A model generated the notes under the pieces. That model did no database searches, was not told where the DNA came from, and worked only from the letters and a program-made list of their open reading frames with translations. Shown piece by piece: positions 19,845-29,418 of a DNA stretch of 64,000 nt; the stretch's first letter is position 1; each line of letters opens with the position of its first letter. A program made the translations under genes and the position numbers. Source of the stretch: a virus; the IMG/VR virus record IMGVR_UViG_3300029561_000002, positions 1 through 64,000 of that record; one strand, given 5' to 3'.

Positions 19845-20567
19845 ATGAATAACTTAACAGTAACAGAGTACAAGAATATTCGAGTGCTCACTACACAGCA
19901 GATTGCTGAAGCGTATGGAACTGATACAAAAGTTGTTTCATATAACTTCAACCACAACAAAGATAGATATGTTGATGGAAAACATTATATTTGCTTGACG
20001 GGAGATGAGCTTCGGGCGTTTCGTGAAAATCACGATTTGCCAAGTAATCTCAATAAAATCTACCTCTGGACAGAAAAAGGAGCATTCCTCCATGCAAAGT
20101 CGCTGAACACCGACAAGGCGTGGGAAGTGTATGACAGACTGGTGGATGAGTATTTCGATAAGCCCAAATTACCATCATGGACTATGGATGACAAAATTCA
20201 GATTCTTGCACAGGGAAACATCGAGCTTAAAGAAAAGATTGATGCTGTCAATGATGACTTGCAGGAGTTCAAAAGAGATATGCCATTGCTTGCATTGGAA
20301 TGTCAGAAAATCACAAAGGCAAAGAACCAGAAAGTAGTTCCAATTTTAGGTGGAAAGAATGCACCAGCATATAAAGATAATTCATTGCGTCAGCTCGTGT
20401 ACAGTGATATTGATGCACAGCTCCGCAGGGAATTTGGTGTGAACACCTACAAGGCAATCAAGAGAAACCAGTGCGATATGGCAATAAAAATCATAAACGA
20501 ATATGAGCTGCCGATGTATTTGAAAGATCGCATTGATGATGCGAATGCTCAGAGTAGTTTCTTATGA
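19845..20567 (+). CDS. Antirepressor-like protein (ORF6N/ORF6C type)
   Basis: NIRVLTTQQIAEAYGTDTKVVSYNFNHNKDRYVDGKHY matches the ORF6N pattern. Confidence 0.65.
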   Translation: MNNLTVTEYKNIRVLTTQQIAEAYGTDTKVVSYNFNHNKDRYVDGKHYICLTGDELRAFRENHDLPSNLNKIYLWTEKGAFLHAKSLNTDKAWEVYDRLVDEYFDKPKLPSWTMDDKIQILAQGNIELKEKIDAVNDDLQEFKRDMPLLALECQKITKAKNQKVVPILGGKNAPAYKDNSLRQLVYSDIDAQLRREFGVNTYKAIKRNQCDMAIKIINEYELPMYLKDRIDDANAQSSFL

Positions 20568-20582
20568 GAAAGAGAGAAGATT

Positions 20583-20897
20583 ATGAAAAGTATTGAAAGT
20601 TATATGTTTTATGGCGATAACGCAGAAGTATTTCGGCCACTTATAGGATTTAAAATCGTAGACATTCAATTCACACACACAAATGAAGAAAACGATGATG
20701 TAGTTATTCTTAAATGTGTTAATGAACATAACGTGGCAATAGATATTCTTTTTCAGGAATATGTAGTATCCGTTACCGAACCGTATGCAGTCAATGAAGA
20801 TTTGAGCCCTATTGAATCTAAACAGGAGAAAGAGAAAGACATTGTCCCAGTGATTGAGCAGGAAAATGCCCAGACAAGAATACGGGAGGGTAAATAA
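20583..20897 (+). CDS. Hypothetical protein
   Basis: ORF track; operon context. Confidence 0.45.
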   Translation: MKSIESYMFYGDNAEVFRPLIGFKIVDIQFTHTNEENDDVVILKCVNEHNVAIDILFQEYVVSVTEPYAVNEDLSPIESKQEKEKDIVPVIEQENAQTRIREGK

Positions 20898-21125
20898 GTG
20901 ATTAATGAATTAAAAAATATGACATTAGAGGAAAAGAAAAACAAGCTTATTGAAATGATTTGTGAGATTCCAGATGAATCCCCGATTCACAAAGAACTGT
21001 ATGAAATTTTTAAAGAAGCAACGCACACGGGAAAACTTGGAGAGAAAACAATTTCCGAATGCGTTGCAAGTGGAATTAATTCTGCTGTTCAGAATTCCAT
21101 TCGTGATATTGACGAAGAAGATTAA
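20898..21125 (+). CDS. Hypothetical protein (GTG start)
   Basis: ORF track. Abuts the previous stop codon. Confidence 0.4.
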   Translation: MINELKNMTLEEKKNKLIEMICEIPDESPIHKELYEIFKEATHTGKLGEKTISECVASGINSAVQNSIRDIDEED

Positions 21126-21252
21126 TTGTAATTGAAGTAGATAATGCCGAAATAGCAGATATAGGATTATCTGAATTTTCAATTACATCAACAGTCGGAG
21201 ACACTAATTTATTCATGTCGACTGTCTTTAAGAAATCGTCAAAATTTTTCAT
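21076..21252 (-). CDS. Small antisense-oriented protein (58 aa) with its own promoter
   Basis: Strong RBS AAGGAGGTG 7 nt before the ATG at 21252. Extended -10 TGATATACT lies on the minus strand at 21278-21286. Confidence 0.45.
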   Translation of the reverse strand: MKNFDDFLKTVDMNKLVSPTVDVIENSDNPISAISALSTSITINLLRQYHEWNSEQQN

Positions 21253-21310
21253 GATACCCACCTCCTTCCTATAGGAGAGTATATCACAAAAAAGAGAGGG
21301 GAAAAAGAAA

Positions 21311-21487
21311 ATGATTAAATGCGAAAAAGGAAACGTATCAATCAACGGTGCGGGAAACGAAGTTATCCATGATCTTTCGGAAATCATATCTCGTACCTAC
21401 AGTTCCTTCTCCAAAGCGTTCGGAGAGGAAAAAACAAAACAGATGATTTTTAAGGCGGTAAACGCCGGGATGGGAGCGGACAAATGA
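21311..21487 (+). CDS. Small hypothetical protein (58 aa)
   Basis: ATGA overlap with the next gene. Below the ORF-track cutoff. Confidence 0.4.
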   Translation: MIKCEKGNVSINGAGNEVIHDLSEIISRTYSSFSKAFGEEKTKQMIFKAVNAGMGADK

Positions 21488-21786
21488 CAAAAGCAGAGAA
21501 ATTTAACCTTTATGCTGATACCTTATATGGAATGTGCCGGAAAGCACAGGACACAGTTCCAGAAGCGTGTGTGTCCTTTGAATGTAGGGGTTTCAATAGC
21601 GAAAAATTAGGAAAGTATCGTTCGATATACATCGGTATCACAGAAACTGGTGGCAGCAGAGAATATTACTATGTGTGTGAAGCATTAAGTAATATGGAGA
21701 AAAAATTCACGCTTGTAAAAACCATGTTGAACAATCTGTTACTTGAAGCCCCGTGTCCATACTGTGAAAAGGAGAAAGAAAATTGA
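21484..21786 (+). CDS. Hypothetical Cys-containing protein
   Basis: ORF track. Confidence 0.5.
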   Translation: MTKAEKFNLYADTLYGMCRKAQDTVPEACVSFECRGFNSEKLGKYRSIYIGITETGGSREYYYVCEALSNMEKKFTLVKTMLNNLLLEAPCPYCEKEKEN

Positions 21787-21947
21787 TGGATGTAGAAAAA
21801 GAAAGCTCCGTGGATTTTATCCCGGAGACCGTTGAAGAAGAATATGCCCTGTTGGCAGGCAGATTGAAAGCTGTTGAAGCTTATCTTGATGCTTCAGATA
21901 GCGATTACGTAGACAAAAATGTTCTGGCTGCCATGTTAGGCATTTAG
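21786..21947 (+). CDS. Small acidic hypothetical protein (53 aa)
   Basis: Start overlaps the previous stop codon. Confidence 0.35.
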   Translation: MDVEKESSVDFIPETVEEEYALLAGRLKAVEAYLDASDSDYVDKNVLAAMLGI

Positions 21948-22081
21948 GTTGTAAGCAGCCCCGGTGGTGCAGGAACACCAACCGGAGCACGTATCTAACT
22001 TAGCTTGAGTAAGTTAAATACAAGATGATTATATCATACCTTCTTGTATTTGACAAATAAAAACACAGGAGGGCATTTTTA

Positions 22082-22228
22082 ATGTCTAAAATCACTAAGG
22101 AAAATGGCAAAACACTTGCTTCTGAGATTATCGAAGATCTTGAAAAAGAAGTAAGAAACAAAGATCTGGCAATCATTGCTCTGCTGACTACAGTGCTGGC
22201 AATGGGGTTGTTGGGGAAAGGAAAATAA
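22082..22228 (+). CDS. Small C-terminally anchored membrane protein (48 aa)
   Basis: GGAGGG RBS. C-terminus LAIIALLTTVLAMGLLG. Confidence 0.35.
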   Translation: MSKITKENGKTLASEIIEDLEKEVRNKDLAIIALLTTVLAMGLLGKGK

Positions 22229-22479
22229 TGAGAACTTACTTAGAGGGGCTTGCAGTGTTCGGAGTTTCCGGCCTGGCAATCGTGTTCTTTGCAGTATGCT
22301 GGGCTGTGACTGATTTGGACGCACTCACGATTCTGGCATTGGATTATATCTTAATGAGTACAGCCGGGCTGGCAGTAATGCTTAAAATCAATGACTTCGT
22401 ACACGACATTAAAAGGAAGGAACAAGAAAACAAAAATGGGAGATTTAAACAGAGCGACATTAACCGGATTCGTAACTGA
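22228..22479 (+). CDS. Small membrane protein (2 TM)
   Basis: ORF track. Hydrophobic segments GLAVFGVSGLAIVFFAVCWAV and ILMSTAGLAVML. Confidence 0.45.
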   Translation: MRTYLEGLAVFGVSGLAIVFFAVCWAVTDLDALTILALDYILMSTAGLAVMLKINDFVHDIKRKEQENKNGRFKQSDINRIRN

Positions 22480-23059
22480 TTCGGCGGAAGTCAAATTTAA
22501 GCCAAGAAAGGGAAAGAGCTTTTTAGTCGTCAGAAGTGACCGTTTCAGCGGAACACCGGACGATATCATTGTTGAGATCCCGAACAGACTCAAAGGTACG
22601 TTCCGGGAATGGAATTGGATAAAGGTTTCGGGAAGAATCCGTTCCAAATGGGTCAGAGCAGACCACCAAGAGAAAAAGTATATGTATCTGGAAGCATATG
22701 ATGTCAGCACGGAAGGAACGCTTCTTGTAAATACAGTAGAAATGACTGCAAATATTTGCAAGAAGCCGGTGCTGAGAAAAACACCGTTAGGAAGGACACT
22801 TTGTGAAATTTGCGTGGCAATCAATGGATACAGACGGTCAGAATATATTTCTTGTATTTCATGGAGAGATCTGGCGGTGAAAGCTTCTGAATGGAAAGTA
22901 GGTACAAAAGTTAGATTAAAGGGACGTATGCAGAGCCGTGATTATTGGAAAAAACAGTCAGATGGTTCTTATGTTAGAAAAACGGCATACGAAGTTTCGG
23001 TAATAGAGATGGAGGAAATCAAAGATGAAAAAGGTGACTTTGAAAAAACTGAGCGTTGA
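22436..23059 (+). CDS. Tandem OB-fold, SSB-like protein (putative)
   Basis: Two SSB-like halves (NRATLTGFVTDSAEVKF.. and NTVEMTANICKKPVLRKT..). Start is uncertain (22391 or 22436). Confidence 0.45.
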   Translation: MGDLNRATLTGFVTDSAEVKFKPRKGKSFLVVRSDRFSGTPDDIIVEIPNRLKGTFREWNWIKVSGRIRSKWVRADHQEKKYMYLEAYDVSTEGTLLVNTVEMTANICKKPVLRKTPLGRTLCEICVAINGYRRSEYISCISWRDLAVKASEWKVGTKVRLKGRMQSRDYWKKQSDGSYVRKTAYEVSVIEMEEIKDEKGDFEKTER

Positions 23060-25010
23060 AAATTATAAGAAATTTGAAGCAAGAGAATTTGATTTCGCCG
23101 GAAGAACAGAAGTTTCCGGAAGAAATAGACAGGGTAAAACTTCTCTGATGGATGCATATTTTGATGTTCTGACCGGAAAACTGGCAGACGGAACGCTTCC
23201 GAACAATATCCGCCGGAAGGTTGACGGTGAAGAAGTTGACGATCCGGTGGTGAGAGAACTGGTTATTGACGTTGACGGAATGGAATATGTTGTCCAGAAA
23301 AAGACCAAAAAGGGAAAATCATCAAATACGGTTGAATATTACGTCAACGGAATTAAGCGGAACAAAACCGAGTATATGGAGATTCTTAAAAGGATTGCCG
23401 ATCCTGATACGATTGCCATGTGCAGCAACGCCAGAGTGTTTTTGAACGAGATCCAGAAAGCAACAGCAAAAGCAAGGGAAACACTGGGAGGAATAGCTGG
23501 ATTCAGTGAATCACAGTTCAGAGCAGAGCATCCGGAATATGAATGGATAAAGAATGAAGGTGTGGAAGGAGATTCTATCGAAGAAATCTTAAAAGCCCGC
23601 AGAAGAGACCTGAGAAAAGCCAAGTCAGATGTTGATGATATTGCAAAGCAGATCAGAAAAGAGCAGAGCCGACAGGTTGAATGCGATGAAACACTTCCAG
23701 CGCAGAGGGACGATCTTCTTGACTTACTGAAAGAAAACGAGAAGCAGGAGAAAGTGCTCTGCGATGCTTCAAGAGAGTACGACCGGATATCTATCGAACT
23801 GGCAGGACTGAAGCGTTCAAGGGACGCACTGGTTGAGAAAGCCGAAAAATCAGCCAGGGAGAATCACGACAGAATAACTTCCTTATTATATACACTGAAA
23901 TCCGATAAGAAAAATGCTGAGAACAAGTTACGACTTGCCAGAATAGATCTGGAACACGCCAGCAAAGGGATTGAGCGACATAAGGCAGCACTGGCACAGG
24001 CCAAAAGCAAATATACAGAAGCATTAAAAGAGAAGTGGGGCGGAGATACCGAACTTACTGCAATCCGTGGAGAAGAATTTGATCAGGCATCAGCTGTTTG
24101 CCCGACTTGCGGACAGATGCTTCCAGAAGAGGCTGCAAAGCGAAAGTTTGAGTTTAATAAACAGACCAGAATCTCCAAAATGTTAGAAGAGAAAGAACAG
24201 TTTGAGAGAAACAAACGAGCCAAGTTGGAACAGATCACTGAGGACGGAAACGAAGCTTCAGAGGGATTAAAAACAGCGAATAAAGCAAAGAAAGAAGCTG
24301 AAGCAGCTATCGAAGCTGCCAAGAAAGAGATAACATCTCTGGCGCTTGAAATTGCAGAAACAGAAAAGGAAACAGAGAAACCGATTCCAAAACCGGATAT
24401 GTCTGGTGATGAAGAATACAAGGCTGTTTGCGACAAAATTTCAGCACTGGAAGAAAGTATCAACGGAATCGGAAACGGCGAAAATGACAGGATTTTGTTA
24501 AGCAACAACCGTCACTCTCTGGAAGCGAAGCTCAGAGATGTTGAAGCCAAGATTAAAACTCAGACTGCAAGGCTTGAAGAAAAAGCCGACAGCCTTGAAG
24601 CACTACAGGAAGAGCAGAAGAAACTTTCACAGAAACAGGCGGATATTCAGCAGAAAGTAGATCAGCTGACTGACTATTCCATTGAGAAAAATAAGGCACT
24701 GGCAGCAGTGATTAATCCGCACTTCAAACACTTCCACTTCCAGTTCCTTGACTACACACAGGACGGAGAACCGATGGAAACTTGCCGGATGATCTGCAAT
24801 GGCATTGATTACGCAAACGGTCTGAACCACAGTGATCGGATTCTTTGTGATATCGACCTTGCGATGGGGCTTCAGGAGATGAACGACTTACGGCTTCCGG
24901 TTTGGGTTGACGATACCGAAAGCATAAATTCGGACAGGATTCCAGAATTAGATACACAGATGATTTTGCTCAAGGTTTCTGAGGGTGAGTTGGAAGTAAA
25001 AGGAATTTAA
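23025..25010 (+). CDS. Rad50/SbcC-like coiled-coil ATPase
   Basis: Walker A GRNRQGKTS, a long coiled coil with a CPTCGQ hook-like motif, and Walker B-like LPVWVDDTES. Confidence 0.7.
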   Translation: MKKVTLKKLSVENYKKFEAREFDFAGRTEVSGRNRQGKTSLMDAYFDVLTGKLADGTLPNNIRRKVDGEEVDDPVVRELVIDVDGMEYVVQKKTKKGKSSNTVEYYVNGIKRNKTEYMEILKRIADPDTIAMCSNARVFLNEIQKATAKARETLGGIAGFSESQFRAEHPEYEWIKNEGVEGDSIEEILKARRRDLRKAKSDVDDIAKQIRKEQSRQVECDETLPAQRDDLLDLLKENEKQEKVLCDASREYDRISIELAGLKRSRDALVEKAEKSARENHDRITSLLYTLKSDKKNAENKLRLARIDLEHASKGIERHKAALAQAKSKYTEALKEKWGGDTELTAIRGEEFDQASAVCPTCGQMLPEEAAKRKFEFNKQTRISKMLEEKEQFERNKRAKLEQITEDGNEASEGLKTANKAKKEAEAAIEAAKKEITSLALEIAETEKETEKPIPKPDMSGDEEYKAVCDKISALEESINGIGNGENDRILLSNNRHSLEAKLRDVEAKIKTQTARLEEKADSLEALQEEQKKLSQKQADIQQKVDQLTDYSIEKNKALAAVINPHFKHFHFQFLDYTQDGEPMETCRMICNGIDYANGLNHSDRILCDIDLAMGLQEMNDLRLPVWVDDTESINSDRIPELDTQMILLKVSEGELEVKGI

Positions 25011-25247
25011 ATAAAAGGGAACAGCTAGAAACTTGTTTGGCGACAGCCTAGCTGTTCCGATACCGATATAAAAAGATATATCTGTTTAAGAATAGCAGAA
25101 AAAATTGACTTATTCAAGTCACAGGCGATTTCGCAACCGAAAAGTGAGGGGGATATCCCATCACTAAATACCGTGTTTGAGGTTTAAGAACCATGTGAAA
25201 GTACACGGTAACGAAAGAAACTAAAAATAATGAAAAGGAGAATTGTT

Positions 25248-26192
25248 ATGGCAAACAAAACACAATTAACAACAGCAGGAGAACAGCAGGCAGCAGTTGT
25301 AATTAACAACCAGTTTATTGACGGATTGACAAAACAGCTTGAAGAAAAATGTAAATATGGTCTTTCTTTTCCAAAGGACTACAATCTCAGCAATGCACTT
25401 ATGGGAGCGTATCTGGTGCTCAAGGAAACGAAAGACAGGAATAACACACCAATTCTGGAATCTTGTAGCCAGATCAGCATCGCAAACAGTCTTATGAACA
25501 TGGCGACCCTGGGGCTTTCGGTGCAGAAGAAGCAGGGATATTTCATCGCTTACAGCGGCCAGTGTCAGTTCCAGAGATCATATTTCGGAAACATGACGAT
25601 TGCCAGAAGATACGGAATGAAAGACATTCACGCAGAGATTATCTACCAGGGAGATAAATTCAAATATCATATTGAAGATGGAAATAAGGTTCTGGATTCT
25701 CACGAACAGGATTTTATGAACATTGATAACGAAAAAATCCTTGGAGCATACGCAGTTGTGCTGATGGAAGATGGAACGAAACAACTGGAAGTAATGAATA
25801 TCAAACAGATTAAACAATCTTGGTCACAGGGCTTCGGATACAAGGAAAATGGGAATGGCACACACCAAAAATTCACTGACCAGATGGCAAAGAAAACTGT
25901 TGTCAATCGTGCCTTAAAACAGATCATCAACACTCATGGTGATGTTTTCGTGCAAGAAGCAGACGATGATACAGAAACAATTTCAAAAAATGACGCTTTT
26001 GCAGCTGATGTCGCATATGAAATCGAGCAGAACGCCAACACTGAAGAATTTATCCCAGAACCAATGGCGATCGAGGAACAGTCGAAACAGCCAACGGTCG
26101 CAGAAACTGTCCAGACGGTAGAGAAAGAACCGGTCCCGGCAGCAGGCAAAGAACCAGAGATTCCAGATTTTATGAAGCAGGAGGAAATGTGA
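25248..26192 (+). CDS. recT: RecT-family single-strand annealing protein
   Basis: Core LGLSVQKKQGYFIAYSGQCQFQRSYFG..ARRYG. AAAAGGAG RBS before the ATG at 25248. Confidence 0.7.
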   Translation: MANKTQLTTAGEQQAAVVINNQFIDGLTKQLEEKCKYGLSFPKDYNLSNALMGAYLVLKETKDRNNTPILESCSQISIANSLMNMATLGLSVQKKQGYFIAYSGQCQFQRSYFGNMTIARRYGMKDIHAEIIYQGDKFKYHIEDGNKVLDSHEQDFMNIDNEKILGAYAVVLMEDGTKQLEVMNIKQIKQSWSQGFGYKENGNGTHQKFTDQMAKKTVVNRALKQIINTHGDVFVQEADDDTETISKNDAFAADVAYEIEQNANTEEFIPEPMAIEEQSKQPTVAETVQTVEKEPVPAAGKEPEIPDFMKQEEM

Positions 26193-26193
26193 T

Positions 26194-26802
26194 ATGAATA
26201 ATAGTGAAATTTTAAAGAAAACAAAGGAACTGGTTGAGCTTCTGGAAAAGCAGGAAAAATCATGCAAGGTGAGATTATCGGAACTTAATTCGGGAGATAT
26301 CTTCCAGACTACCGGAAAGCGAAAATACAAGGTCTTGGAACAGTACACAGAGCATACCAAGATCATTTCACTCGGATTCGTGAAAGAGAATGTGAAATTT
26401 GATGATGATACAACTGACTATAACAAATCATCCTTAAAGAAACTCTGTGATACTGAAATTCTGAAAGATTTTGAAAAAGAGTTTGGAGAAGAGAATATCG
26501 AAACTGACATAGTAGATTTGATCACCGTGGATGGACAGAAAATCGGAGAAACGGAATGCAAAGTTAGACCACTGACGTTTGATGAAGCGCGTAAATACAC
26601 AGAACTGACGCCAAATGATGAATTGGATGATTTCTATTGGACTTGCTCCACATGGAGCACAGTGGAAAGAGGATGGAAATATGCGCTAGCCGTTGTTTCG
26701 CTTTCCGGCAGCATCGGCTGCAATAGCTACTACTGCAGCGGCGGTGTTCGCCCAGTTTGTATCTTAAAATCTAATATCTTTGTATCTAAAGCGGAGGAAT
26801 GA
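26194..26802 (+). CDS. DGR target protein 1 (VR at C-terminus)
   Basis: Paralog of the next gene. C-terminus ..AVVSLSGSIGCNSYYCSGGVRPVC is encoded by VR1. Confidence 0.75.
   Translation: MNNSEILKKTKELVELLEKQEKSCKVRLSELNSGDIFQTTGKRKYKVLEQYTEHTKIISLGFVKENVKFDDDTTDYNKSSLKKLCDTEILKDFEKEFGEENIETDIVDLITVDGQKIGETECKVRPLTFDEARKYTELTPNDELDDFYWTCSTWSTVERGWKYALAVVSLSGSIGCNSYYCSGGVRPVCILKSNIFVSKAEE
26690..26754 (+). repeat. DGR variable repeat VR1
   Basis: 65 bp aligned ungapped to the TR. 12 differences, 11 of them at TR adenines. Confidence 0.85.
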
Positions 26803-27404
26803 AAATGAAGAAAAATCTGAAATATTTTGAAAATGAATTAAACCGGATCTACAAAGAATTTGCTGAATATAAAAAGCAGCATATGGAAAAACCGGAAATT
26901 GGCAAAACGATGGAAATTGCCGGCATGGAATGGATGATTCTGGATAAGACAGAAAAAGGATATTTTGCCATTTTAAACAGCTTCGACGGGGAAAACAGAA
27001 AATTTGATTCAGATTCAAATAATTGGATTAAAAGTGATCTTAGAAAAGAATTAAACGATTCTTTTCTTAAGAAAATCACAGAAGAGTTGGGGGAAGATGC
27101 AGTTGTTGAATTTGATCGCGATTTACTTTCATTGGACGGCCAGACAGAATACGGGCATTGTGAAGATAAGATTGCACTTTTGACCGTGGATGAATACCGG
27201 AAATATCGTAAATTACTTCCGAATACGAAGAACTGGTGGTGGTTGATTACGCCATTGAGCACACCAGCAAATGGTTACAGCTCAACACTTTCCGTTGTTT
27301 CGCCTTCCGGCAGCATCGTCAACTATGACTGCTTCAACAGCAACGGTGTTCGCCCAGTTTGTATCTTTTCTTCTTCTATCTTTGAATCAAAGAACGATAA
27401 ATGA
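26799..27404 (+). CDS. DGR target protein 2 (VR at C-terminus)
   Basis: C-terminus ..SVVSPSGSIVNYDCFNSNGVRPVC is encoded by VR2. Paralogous to target 1. Confidence 0.75.
   Translation: MKMKKNLKYFENELNRIYKEFAEYKKQHMEKPEIGKTMEIAGMEWMILDKTEKGYFAILNSFDGENRKFDSDSNNWIKSDLRKELNDSFLKKITEELGEDAVVEFDRDLLSLDGQTEYGHCEDKIALLTVDEYRKYRKLLPNTKNWWWLITPLSTPANGYSSTLSVVSPSGSIVNYDCFNSNGVRPVCIFSSSIFESKNDK
27292..27356 (+). repeat. DGR variable repeat VR2
   Basis: 65 bp aligned ungapped to the TR. 8 differences, all at TR adenines. Confidence 0.85.
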
Positions 27405-27775
27405 TGGAAAATGAAGATTTAAGAGTTATCACAAAAGCGAAGCAATTAGCCAAACATACGTTAATTATGACCAGCAATGCGCGGAGATATCCAAAGAAGT
27501 TTAGATTTTCTCTTGTAGATAAAATGCAGAATAAAGCTCTGGAAATATATGAAATGCTTTTTGAAGCCAACCGAACAGACATAAAAGACTATAAAAGAGA
27601 AAGATTGGAGTTGCAAACAAAAGCTATTACTCATTGCGACGAGCTTATGTATTTTATAGAGCTTTCTTATGAATTGAATATCATAAATTCAGGAAGTATG
27701 GAAGCGTGGTCCAAAATAGTTATGGACGTAAAACATATGGCGATTGCTTGGAGAACAAAAGACAAAAATAGGTAA
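27401..27775 (+). CDS. avd: DGR accessory variability determinant (Avd-like four-helix bundle)
   Basis: 124 aa, basic and helical. Sits between the targets and TR/RT, as in canonical DGR cassettes. Confidence 0.7.
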   Translation: MMENEDLRVITKAKQLAKHTLIMTSNARRYPKKFRFSLVDKMQNKALEIYEMLFEANRTDIKDYKRERLELQTKAITHCDELMYFIELSYELNIINSGSMEAWSKIVMDVKHMAIAWRTKDKNR

Positions 27776-27799
27776 GAATATAGGTTATGCGTTGCAATA

Positions 27800-27864
27800 C
27801 CGTTGTTTCGCCTTCCGGCAACATCAACAACAATAACTACAACAACAGCAACGGTGTTCGCCCA
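27800..27864 (+). repeat. DGR template repeat (TR)
   Basis: Intergenic and AAC/AAT-rich (aac atc aac aac aat aac tac aac aac agc aac). Matches both VRs except at adenines. Confidence 0.85.
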
Positions 27865-27968
27865 ACCTGGATCACAGGCAGACAGAGTAAGCACAAAGCT
27901 GAAATCAGTAAAGATACAAGTAAATGCATAGCCTTTCCAAAATGGATAAATAAAAAGGAACAAAAACA

Positions 27969-28988
27969 ATGGATAAAGAAATTGTTGCAAATTTTGAGAA
28001 TTTATATCGTTCTTACAAGAAGGTTAAGAACGGTAAGAAATTTAATTCAGGTACTGCAAGGTTTTCTAATATGGCTCTCGAAGGAATTCAGATACTGAAA
28101 GAACAGCTAGAAAATCAAACATATAGCATAAGCCCATATAATAAATTTCAGATTCATGAACCGAAAGAGAGGACAATAGAATCATGTGCATTTAAGGATA
28201 AAGTAGTCCAAAGATGTTTTTCTGATTACATCCTGACACCGAAACTAGAAAATATTCTGATTAAATGGAACACCGCCGGGCAGCATGGAAAAGGACAACA
28301 TATGGCGATGAATGGATTAAGAGATCAGATGTTGGATTTCTATAAAAGAAATGGAATGAATACCTGGATTGTAAAATGCGATATTCATAAATACTTTTAC
28401 AGCATAGACCATGAAATTATGAAAGACATACTGGACTACTATTTTGATGATGATTTTACGACTTGGATGAATCATTTATTTATCGACAGTACAGATAACC
28501 CGGGACTGCCATTAGGAAATCAGGTAAATCAGAAATACGCTCTTTTGCTGTTACATTCATTGGACCAAATGATAACGATTGAATTTGGAAATCCATATTA
28601 CGGACGATATAACGATGATTTTTATGTGTTGTGCAAAACAAAAGACATCGCTAGAGAAATTCTTAAAGCGATTCGAATGATGGTTAAAAGTCTCGGGTTG
28701 GAATTAAACCCAAAGTCACAAATTGTACCGTTCCGAATGGGACTGTGTTATCTTGGATTCCACCATTACGTGACTGATGAGGGGAAATATATCAGAAAAT
28801 TACGTGGTGACAGAAAAAGAAATACTCAGAAAAAGGTTCGTAGATGGGTTCGTGCAGTAAACGAAGAAAAGATGCCGGTTGAGAAATTCAACGAAAAGTA
28901 CGGAGCATGTAAGAACCATATGCTACACGGAAACTGCATCAAATTATGCCACAGTATGGATTTGGAAATTGAAAGGAGAATGAAATGA
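27969..28988 (+). CDS. DGR reverse transcriptase
   Basis: RT motifs: IHEPKERTI, KCDIHKYFYSIDH, LPLGNQVNQ (DGR-type), YGRYNDDFYVL (YxDD). Confidence 0.9.
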   Translation: MDKEIVANFENLYRSYKKVKNGKKFNSGTARFSNMALEGIQILKEQLENQTYSISPYNKFQIHEPKERTIESCAFKDKVVQRCFSDYILTPKLENILIKWNTAGQHGKGQHMAMNGLRDQMLDFYKRNGMNTWIVKCDIHKYFYSIDHEIMKDILDYYFDDDFTTWMNHLFIDSTDNPGLPLGNQVNQKYALLLLHSLDQMITIEFGNPYYGRYNDDFYVLCKTKDIAREILKAIRMMVKSLGLELNPKSQIVPFRMGLCYLGFHHYVTDEGKYIRKLRGDRKRNTQKKVRRWVRAVNEEKMPVEKFNEKYGACKNHMLHGNCIKLCHSMDLEIERRMK

Positions 28989-29374
28989 GATTAATTAGTC
29001 AGACGGGAGATATTGACATTCCTTACGAAAATGCTTCATTAAGCAGAGCTGAAAATATCATAAGAGCATACATTCCAGAGACCGGTGAAAAAGGAACAAT
29101 TATGGCTGCTTACTCAACAGAAGAACAGGCGAAAGAAGCAATGAGCATGGTTATATATGCATATATTTCAAACAAACCAATAGTCATTCTTCCAAAAGAA
29201 GGAAAAACAAAATTGGAATCGACTTTCTTGGGAAGATACGAATTAAGGCTTCTTAGAGAAAATCTTCCCAATGTAATGGATTTAAAAAACGAAAATGGAG
29301 ACTACGTTCTTCCACTAAAAATAAGAGATAGTATCAAAGAAATTGCCGCAGCTTTAAATGTAGCGGGATTATAA
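28985..29374 (+). CDS. Hypothetical protein translationally coupled to the RT
   Basis: ATGA overlap with the RT stop codon. Confidence 0.5.
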   Translation: MRLISQTGDIDIPYENASLSRAENIIRAYIPETGEKGTIMAAYSTEEQAKEAMSMVIYAYISNKPIVILPKEGKTKLESTFLGRYELRLLRENLPNVMDLKNENGDYVLPLKIRDSIKEIAAALNVAGL

Positions 29375-29418
29375 AATAATCGGTATTAATTTTGCAGAAA
29401 GAAAAGGAGGTGATTCCA

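Noticed and set aside
27787-28098. ORF of 103 aa (MRCNTVVSPSGNINNNNYNNSNGVRP..)
   Set aside because: It is simply the translation of the DGR template repeat and the RT upstream region. It has no RBS and overlaps the RT start, so I treat it as non-coding TR.
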